Shown piece by piece: positions 45,959 through 52,205 of a stretch of DNA of 52,205 nt. Location of the stretch: NCBI GenBank assembly GCA_017941835.1, contig JAGAVP010000034.1, positions 1-52,205 on the forward strand. Direction: 5' to 3'. The notes under the pieces were generated by a model. That model was not told the origin of the DNA. It made no database searches and saw nothing but the letters and a program-made list of their open reading frames with translations. The position numbers were made by a program, and so were the translations under genes. Position 1 is the first letter of the stretch, and every line of letters starts with the position of its first letter. This DNA is from Candidatus Saccharimonadota bacterium (GTDB lineage: Bacteria > Patescibacteriota > Saccharimonadia > Saccharimonadales > Saccharimonadaceae).

Positions 45959-47188
45959 CTATTTTGCGACTGCAAATCTATTCTTGCCGCGCTTCAAAAT
46001 CGCCGGCGCATTCAAAACTTTATTCTCATCTGTAATTTTGACGCCATTCACTGAAACAGCACCAGCCTTAATGAACTGACGAGCTTCTTTTTTAGAGCTG
46101 GCAAGCCCTGTGCAAACCAGGTCTTCTACTAGTGTCGCCGAAAGTAGTCTGACTGGAAGGATTTTTGCTGCATCCTCAATGTCTTTTTCTGAATAGCTAG
46201 TCTCCTTTGCAAACAACTTTTCCGACAATCTCTCTACTGCGTTTGCTGCATCCTCGCCATGCACCACGCTCGTTGCCCCATGCGCCAAAGCTCTCTGTGC
46301 CACGCGTTTTTCTGGATGCTCGGCATGCTCGGCCAAAATCTTTTCAATCTCTTCCTTCTCATAGGTGGTGTAGATTTTTAGTAGATATTCCACCGCGTTA
46401 TCCGCTTGATTTAACCAGAACTGATAAAAATCAAATATCGTTGTGAAATTCCCCTGCCCGTTATCGGACGAAGCAAGCCACACCGCATTACCCTCAGATT
46501 TGCCAAATTTCCTCCCCGTCACCGGGTCTATAACAAGCGGCGTAGACCAGACATTTGCTTCGGCGTTTTCTAATTTGCGGATTAGGGAAATACCAGTCGC
46601 GCAGTTGCCGTATTGGTCAGCGCCACAAAGTTGTAGCTGTATTCCATATTGCTTGTATAGATGATAAAAATCGTAACCCTGAATCAGCGTGTAAGAAAAT
46701 TCTGCGTAAGAAATACCACTTCCGCCCTCGCCGATTCGGTTTTGGATAAACTTGCGATCGAGGAGCTGTGTCATTGAGAATTGTTTGCCGACTGTTCTTA
46801 AGAAATCAATGTAGTTGATATTTTTAAACCAATCATAATTGTCGACCATCGTCACGTCGTTAGACTTGATTACGCGCTGGATTTGTTCGCCGATACACTT
46901 TTTGTTATGCTCGACTTCTTCGAGCGGCTTTAATTCGCGTTCGCCGTTCTCTTTTGGATCACCAATCTGACCCGTCGCGCCACCTACCAGAAGATAAGGC
47001 TTATAGCCATGTCGCACAAAACAGGCACACATCATTAGTGCTGCCAAATTCCCAATCGTCAGGGAATCGGCCGATGGGTCTGCACCCCAATAAAAAGTCT
47101 TATTCTCCATCGTGTCCAGCATCGCAGGATCTTTAATGGTAGTTTCCGCGCTAAACCCGCGCCAAAGTAACTCTTCTGATAGTTTCAT
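45959..47188 (-). CDS. tyrS: Tyrosine--tRNA ligase
   Basis: ELLWRG, YWGADPSADSL, GGATGQIGDP, EFSYTLIQGYDF, GADQYGN, KFGKSEGNAVWL, C-terminal S4 domain; start ATG 47188. Confidence 0.96.
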   Translation of the reverse strand: MKLSEELLWRGFSAETTIKDPAMLDTMENKTFYWGADPSADSLTIGNLAALMMCACFVRHGYKPYLLVGGATGQIGDPKENGERELKPLEEVEHNKKCIGEQIQRVIKSNDVTMVDNYDWFKNINYIDFLRTVGKQFSMTQLLDRKFIQNRIGEGGSGISYAEFSYTLIQGYDFYHLYKQYGIQLQLCGADQYGNCATGISLIRKLENAEANVWSTPLVIDPVTGRKFGKSEGNAVWLASSDNGQGNFTTIFDFYQFWLNQADNAVEYLLKIYTTYEKEEIEKILAEHAEHPEKRVAQRALAHGATSVVHGEDAANAVERLSEKLFAKETSYSEKDIEDAAKILPVRLLSATLVEDLVCTGLASSKKEARQFIKAGAVSVNGVKITDENKVLNAPAILKRGKNRFAVAK

Positions 47189-47327
47189 AATACCCCAAGT
47201 ATAACATATTCCTACCAGATATGAAAAGCTTAAGTAGTATTGACTTTTTGACGTATCTGTGCTATAATAGAAAGACGATACCACATTGTAGTAAACAATA
47301 GTTCTTTTAGAAAAGGAGATTTCAGAT

Positions 47328-47726
47328 ATGACAGAGATGAATGTTTTAAGTAACTGGCAGTTTTATTTTAAGAAGAGCGACGGGCTTGACAACATAAGCA
47401 ATGCTCTAAGTTCATTTTCCACTTTCTGGAACGAATTTAGTCTGCCACTTCTTATTACTAATGACAAATTTATTATTGGTGGAGAAATCCCCGGCAAAGA
47501 TGACATCTTCTACACGCCATCAATCATCTGCATAGAGCGTGTCAGCCATGGATTCAAAGGCGATAACGCACACGATTTAATGCGTGCAGTTACCGCCTCA
47601 GGCGAACAGTTTTTCTTCTATTCCGATGAACATACACCAACGATGCGTGCCGCCATTGGCGACATGCTTCAGTTCCACAGGTTTGTTAGACCCATTAGCC
47701 CCAAGATGCTTATTCCAACAGCCTAA
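47328..47726 (+). CDS. Hypothetical protein (orphan)
   Basis: Own promoter TTGACT-17-TATAAT (47240-47268), AAAGGAG RBS, downstream terminator. Confidence 0.7.
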   Translation: MTEMNVLSNWQFYFKKSDGLDNISNALSSFSTFWNEFSLPLLITNDKFIIGGEIPGKDDIFYTPSIICIERVSHGFKGDNAHDLMRAVTASGEQFFFYSDEHTPTMRAAIGDMLQFHRFVRPISPKMLIPTA

Positions 47727-47794
47727 TACCCTAGGCAATTACTTTATCGCGAAACCCTTTTCGAGACGCTTTCTAGCGCCGCCCTCTCTGGGCA

Positions 47795-47823
47795 AATAGC
47801 ACCGCACTCCCGGTGCTATTTTT
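47795..47823 (+). terminator. Intrinsic terminator
   Basis: AATAGCACCG-cactcc-CGGTGCTATTTTT. Confidence 0.85.
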
Positions 47824-47905
47824 CTCACCTATTGACATTTGCCAAAAAGAGTGTATAATAAAAACAGGCTTTGGGTGGGTGTAGTTTTAGATAAAGGGAA
47901 GGTGG

Positions 47906-48286
47906 GTGATATCTGTGTTTGACTATTTCAATTCAGCTATTAACACGGCCGTCTTTGGCCTGTTGGGGGCACTACTTCTGACATTTATGGGAATCCTATA
48001 TAATTTGCTAAATGGTCTAGTAGATGTTACGAGTAAAACAATATGGGAAAACGGCGACAAAACAAAGGCATATGAAGTAATTGCTACATTTAGCATGTCG
48101 GTAGCATTTCTTGTGGCTATTCTCTGTCTTCTCGAGGGCATTTGGCTCTGGCAAATGGGCGACGGAATGTGTCTTATTTCATTCCTCACATGCTTCGTGG
48201 CCTTAATAGACATAACCGTCTGCTTTCTTCTATTGCAGAGGAAGCGCAAGAGTAATAAGGAATTAGACGATCAATTGAACCAGTAG
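47906..48286 (+). CDS. Hypothetical 3-TM membrane protein (orphan)
   Basis: Own promoter TTGACA-16-TATAAT (47832-47859), GTG start, hydrophobic helices. Confidence 0.62.
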   Translation: MISVFDYFNSAINTAVFGLLGALLLTFMGILYNLLNGLVDVTSKTIWENGDKTKAYEVIATFSMSVAFLVAILCLLEGIWLWQMGDGMCLISFLTCFVALIDITVCFLLLQRKRKSNKELDDQLNQ

Positions 48287-48317
48287 CTAAAACAGAAACG
48301 CCCAACAAACCTACATT

Positions 48318-48344
48318 ATCCCCTCGTCCGCGAGGGGATTTTTT
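48318..48344 (+). terminator. Intrinsic terminator
   Basis: ATCCCCTCG-tccg-CGAGGGGAT-TTTTT. Confidence 0.88.
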
Positions 48345-48384
48345 ATGACCTTCTTGCCTCGCCCAAATATGCTAAAATATCACT

Positions 48385-49689
48385 ATGGAAACCTATAATC
48401 ACGCACTAGGCAATGAATCTTCCAAGCAGACAAACCAATCCGAGGCTTTACCTGGCTCAAACAACTCAGAAATTTCCCACGATCTCAGGGAATTTTTCCC
48501 ATCTAAATTTGCTCGCATTCTTGGTCGCCAGGCCGTGAAGCTTATCCAAAATGGCCATGTCGCAAACAATGAAGATCTCTCCCTCGCGCCTGAGTTTCGC
48601 GCCGACCTAGAAAATTTTAATGACCCCGAGATTCATAAAAACGCTGAAAGAGATCGACTAAATCAGAACGTCATTTTTACTCATTTCGTGAAGCATAGCG
48701 GCGAAAAAGGCAGGGAAATACTTCAGCTGATTTCCCCAGAAGAAGAATATCTTAAGTTCACTAATAGCGAAATTGACGAATTTGCCGAACATTATGATGA
48801 TTTTAAAGGCACAGAGTCCTACTATGATTTTATCTCCGCGTTGACAGCTAAAGATGAGTCTGGAGAATATCGGGTCTCAGACGAAAAGCTCAACAAATTC
48901 ACCGGCTGGTATCTTTCCGAGGCTAACAAACTCGAAAAGAAGTTTAACGAGAATATCCCAGAGATAGAAAAATACTACGCTGGCGCCATGAAACGTGCCA
49001 CTGAAAACGGTTACCTTCCAGATATCTGTAACGTACTCGCGGAGCGTCTTAATGCTACTCCCTCTCTCCATCAAGACATCGAATACACACTGTTTGATCG
49101 TACCCACACCACAAATAATGGCGCCTCTCCGAACGGTGCGACCTCAAAGCTGAAGAATAGTGACACTTTTCTTATTTCTATTGCAATCGACGAATTCTAC
49201 TCTCATCCCACTCAGCATCTAGGCGATTCCAAGGGTAAAGCTGCCTTTTACGTTATTAACCACGAACTTACTCACGCTTTAGAAGAGCTTCGCCCGATGC
49301 GCTTCAAGAGTGATGATGCTAATCTCTTTTTGGGAGCTTCCGAATCGACTATCACGAGCGCTAATCGCATCTTCAAGGAGGCTATTACCGAGGACATTGG
49401 CGGTATTATTAGCAATGTCCATGATAATGCTACTCCAAGTAGCATTAAACCTTTTTGTGAAAATGGTCGCAGTTATCCTAGCGAACGCGAGACTTTGCGT
49501 TTTCTCCAGTCTGGTGGTCAGGCAGAAATATCGCCCGACCTCTTCTACGAGGCCTATGTCGATTCTCGAGTTTCGTGGTCCAAGCTCAAGAGAGAGCTAA
49601 AAGCATCTTTCCCAGAGTGCAAAACTGATAGCGATTTAGCAGATTTTATCGTTAATAACTATAATAAAATTAAGGAGAAAAACTCATGA
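48385..49689 (+). CDS. Hypothetical protein with HExxH zincin-like motif
   Basis: VINHELTHALEE followed by FKEAITE and a later SYPSER; TGCTAAAAT 6 nt before ATG. Confidence 0.7.
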   Translation: METYNHALGNESSKQTNQSEALPGSNNSEISHDLREFFPSKFARILGRQAVKLIQNGHVANNEDLSLAPEFRADLENFNDPEIHKNAERDRLNQNVIFTHFVKHSGEKGREILQLISPEEEYLKFTNSEIDEFAEHYDDFKGTESYYDFISALTAKDESGEYRVSDEKLNKFTGWYLSEANKLEKKFNENIPEIEKYYAGAMKRATENGYLPDICNVLAERLNATPSLHQDIEYTLFDRTHTTNNGASPNGATSKLKNSDTFLISIAIDEFYSHPTQHLGDSKGKAAFYVINHELTHALEELRPMRFKSDDANLFLGASESTITSANRIFKEAITEDIGGIISNVHDNATPSSIKPFCENGRSYPSERETLRFLQSGGQAEISPDLFYEAYVDSRVSWSKLKRELKASFPECKTDSDLADFIVNNYNKIKEKNS

Positions 49690-50534
49690 AAAAAGTCCTA
49701 GCCTTTGATATTGACCAGACTCTAAACGTCGCCAAGACCCCGATTCCGGATGAGATTGCCGACTTACTTATTGAATGTCTTAATTATTACGCAATCTGCC
49801 CTATCTCTGGCCAGAAATTTGATCAGTTTTTAATCCAGATTGTTAACCGTCTCGTTGAGCGCGGTGTGACTTCAGAACAGCTCGAGAATCTCCATCTCTT
49901 TGTCGCTCAGGGAACCCAGTATTATCGCTACGTTCCAGGCAAAACCACTAAACACGGCAACAAACTTTTCTCCGTAGAGACTTCGATTTCCTCTGGCAAA
50001 GAGCCGTATTCCGAGGAGAAATGGGAACAGGTCTATAGCTATCCTTTGACAGATGAACAGGTTGAGAAAATTACGAACGCTATTGAAATCGCCGCAAAAG
50101 AATTAGGCTACTGGGAGGAGGACAAGCTAAAAGACGGTGACGAAATTATTGAAAACCGCCTCTCCCAGGTCACTTTCTCCGCCCTCGGCCAAAAGGCTGG
50201 CACCGAGGAAAAATATGCCTGGGATCCAGACTGCAAAAAACGTGAAAAAATCGTTGCTCGCGCTAAAGAAATCGCCCCAGAATTCGATTACGAAATCGGC
50301 GGCACCACTTCTATTAATGCCATCACTCCAGGTATGAACAAAGAATTTGGCATGACGCATCTCTTAAAAGAGCTAGACGTGGAAAAAGACGAAATTCTCT
50401 ACTTCGGCGATATGACTCAGCCGGGCGGGAATGATTATCCAGTCGTAAAGATGGGTATTGACACTATTACGGTACGGAGCCATGAAGATACCGCCTACGC
50501 CCTCCGCGGCATTCTTGGCGTCACCGAAAAATAA
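49686..50534 (+). CDS. HAD-superfamily IIB hydrolase, phosphomannomutase-like
   Basis: AFDIDQTL, ISG, ENRLSQVTFSALGQ, IGGTTSI, YFGDMTQPGGNDYPV; AAGGAG RBS. Confidence 0.88.
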   Translation: MKKVLAFDIDQTLNVAKTPIPDEIADLLIECLNYYAICPISGQKFDQFLIQIVNRLVERGVTSEQLENLHLFVAQGTQYYRYVPGKTTKHGNKLFSVETSISSGKEPYSEEKWEQVYSYPLTDEQVEKITNAIEIAAKELGYWEEDKLKDGDEIIENRLSQVTFSALGQKAGTEEKYAWDPDCKKREKIVARAKEIAPEFDYEIGGTTSINAITPGMNKEFGMTHLLKELDVEKDEILYFGDMTQPGGNDYPVVKMGIDTITVRSHEDTAYALRGILGVTEK

Positions 50535-50548
50535 GGCAAAAAAGCATG

Positions 50549-50578
50549 AAAAATGCCCTCGTAAATGGGGGCATTTTT
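50549..50578. terminator. Bidirectional intrinsic terminator
   Basis: AAAAATGCCCTC-gtaaat-GGGGGCATTTTT between convergent genes. Confidence 0.85.
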
Positions 50579-50579
50579 G

Positions 50580-51173
50580 TTAGTTATGCATTTCGGGATC
50601 GTATGAAGCTTCCGTCTGAACGTAATATTTTTCATCTTGTGAATGGTCTTCGCCGTCAGAATGGTTATCGATACGTCTTTTAATGGAGATAGCAGCAAAG
50701 TAAATCATTCCTACGGAAAGGATAGTTATAAGGACTTCGAGGAAAACTATCTCTTTCTTCAGACTCTTGATAACTTCGTCTTGCAAGTTAATCCTCCTGT
50801 GCTGATTATCAATAGTTTCCTGTCTAAGCTCGTTAAGCCAATATAGTTCGAGGTACGCTCCGTAAATGTTTATGTCCTCGTCGCTTTCCGTACGACTGTC
50901 GCCCAGGTCGGGCATCTGTGGTCCTAGTTCAAAATCGTCGTTCGCACCTCCGCCCACATTGGCATTATCCCAAGAAGCAGGGTCACTGCTTGGATTCTTG
51001 GGGGTTGGCTCCGGCGGTGTTGGCGGATCTATTTGAGGCTCTGGTGTCGGCGGTCCCGGATTCGGAATCGGTAGTGATTCCTGTATCTCGGTTGTCTCAT
51101 CGGCCGCAAAACTAGCCACGCTCGGACAGATAGATAAAACTACAACTAACATAAAAATAATTATTTTCTTCAT
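50580..51173 (-). CDS. Hypothetical exported protein: signal peptide, Pro-rich segment, coiled coil, C-terminal TM
   Basis: MKKIIIFMLVVVLSICPSVASFA; own promoter TTGACT-17-TATAAT on minus (51271-51243). Confidence 0.72.
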   Translation of the reverse strand: MKKIIIFMLVVVLSICPSVASFAADETTEIQESLPIPNPGPPTPEPQIDPPTPPEPTPKNPSSDPASWDNANVGGGANDDFELGPQMPDLGDSRTESDEDINIYGAYLELYWLNELRQETIDNQHRRINLQDEVIKSLKKEIVFLEVLITILSVGMIYFAAISIKRRIDNHSDGEDHSQDEKYYVQTEASYDPEMHN

Positions 51174-51329
51174 AATATCACCCCTATTCTGAGAAAATGA
51201 TTGATAAGCTACGATGCACCCCTTCGATTAGTACATAATTACATTATATCACACTTATGCTAAAAAGTCAATACTGCCTATGCTAATTACCCAGTCTGCT
51301 TCGCGATTAGCCCCAGGCGCGCTGCCATC

Positions 51330-51358
51330 TTGACTTTTCCACAGGTTTTTGATACAAT
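51330..51358 (+). promoter_or_regulatory. Sigma70-type promoter of the RNA-nuclease unit
   Basis: TTGACT-17-TACAAT with TG extension. Confidence 0.8.
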
Positions 51359-51364
51359 GTAAGC

Positions 51365-51537
51365 ATAGATGTGCAACAAGTGTGTACGTCAGAGCGTTAC
51401 GGTAGGACGGCTGTGTTGGATAGCAACCGCCTGCCAGCTCAAGAAGGGTTTCGGCATTTACCTCAAGCCAACTAGGGATAATCTCCTGAAAGAAAAATGC
51501 CGGTTTCTAGTATATCCTGTGATCTTGGGATTTTTTT
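51365..51537 (+). ncRNA. Structured RNA upstream of the PBECR4-like nuclease gene
   Basis: Three consecutive stem-loops followed by a terminator-like hairpin and T run, between the promoter and the RBS. Confidence 0.6.
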
Positions 51538-51556
51538 ATGCCAAAAAGGAGGTATC

Positions 51557-52135
51557 ATGGCAGAAGAAGACATCATCACGGGTGGGGTTGAAGCCTTTAA
51601 GCGGCTACTTGATTTTGAATACAAGATTACTCTTGGCAGAAAGGGCCAGCTTAAGACTATTACTCTTAGCTTCTCAAAGAGTAATTTTCATCATTTAGCA
51701 GGTTTACACTATCTAAAAGATAGGCCGATGTTGAATGGCAAAAGCGAAAAAGTCTTTAATAAAATTGACGCTAGAGAGATAAAGCCGGAAAAAATTATGA
51801 GCTCCGCATATTTTACTGACATATCCTCTCGGTTATTAGTTCTTGCAAACCTGGAAAGAATCTTGGATGGAGATTTTTATTTTTATGACTACGACCAGAG
51901 GCGAAACCGTTTTTCGAACATCAAAGCAAATTATGTAATAAAAGCTTTTACAGAATATGGTGAAATCTATTTCTTTCTCGCTGATGATGCGGATAAACAC
52001 TTAAATTCAACAGTCTCTGGCTGCTCAATTATACTAAATAGCAGTATGGACTACACACTAAACCAGTCCCGCTATGCCGTTTTGTCTGTATCAAAAATTA
52101 TGGCTGTAAGAAACCGTGCTATAATAAAATCATGA
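51557..52135 (+). CDS. PBECR4-like (BECR-fold) predicted ribonuclease
   Basis: YKITLGRKGQ...ITLSFSKSNFHHLAGLHYLKD...SNIKANYVI...YFFL pattern; AAGGAGGT RBS, ATG 51557. Confidence 0.72.
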   Translation: MAEEDIITGGVEAFKRLLDFEYKITLGRKGQLKTITLSFSKSNFHHLAGLHYLKDRPMLNGKSEKVFNKIDAREIKPEKIMSSAYFTDISSRLLVLANLERILDGDFYFYDYDQRRNRFSNIKANYVIKAFTEYGEIYFFLADDADKHLNSTVSGCSIILNSSMDYTLNQSRYAVLSVSKIMAVRNRAIIKS

Positions 52136-52205
52136 AAACTTATATCGTGGGCAACTGGAAGATGAACTTTACCATCGGTGAATCTTCTATCTATCTTCAT
52201 AAACT
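52132..52205 (+). CDS. tpiA: Triosephosphate isomerase, 5' end only
   Basis: MKTYIVGNWKMNFT (NWKMN motif); TGCTATAAT 6 nt before ATG. Confidence 0.9.
   Translation, partial: MKTYIVGNWKMNFTIGESSIYLHK

Noticed and set aside
49935-50025. Possible second in-frame palindromic insert in the HAD gene (PGKTTKHGNKLFSVETSISSGKEPYSEE)
   Set aside because: Only short pairings (TTTCTCC/GGAGAAA) and no recognisable similarity to the lepA element; cannot be supported without an alignment.
51369-51698. 109-aa ORF and the upstream extension (51497) of the nuclease gene
   Set aside because: No RBS, and it crosses the structured RNA and terminator; the AAGGAGGT site supports ATG 51557.
1-52205. CRISPR array, rRNA, tmRNA, RNase P RNA, prophage or IS transposase
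   Set aside because: No repeat-spacer periodicity, diagnostic RNA motifs, or phage/transposase-like ORFs recognised by eye.

Overview
Chromosomal segment most consistent with a small-genome Candidate Phyla Radiation bacterium, probably Saccharibacteria/TM7. This is inferred from the gene mix, short TsaB, DnaJ lacking the zinc finger, membrane-anchored Clp ATPase and phosphoketolase/acetate kinase energy route. It uses genetic code 11 and is about 45% GC by eye. Housekeeping genes: dnaK (partial), dnaJ, hrcA-grpE, ackA, a split phosphoketolase, a PilB/GspE ATPase, tsaE/tsaB, rny, yebC, uppP, aspS, tyrS, rimK, comEC, recA-recX, tilS, lepA, a class A PBP, tpiA (partial) and three tRNAs (Arg-UCG, Pro-CGG, Pro-UGG). 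Four CIRCE operators define a dispersed HrcA regulon. Many genes appear to be transcribed as leaderless mRNAs. The least ordinary signals are: (1) a structured ~175-nt RNA with a terminator directly upstream of a PBECR4-like nuclease gene, a candidate RNA-antitoxin/nuclease pair; (2) an unannotated 25-aa ORF in a folded mRNA with a convergent antisense RNA, a candidate type I toxin-antitoxin locus; (3) a 127-bp palindromic element inserted in frame in lepA; (4) tandem unrelated orphan genes sharing a near-identical promoter-hairpin leader; (5) a stand-alone ~200-nt transcript after uppP. All product calls come from motif recognition by eye; no searches were run.
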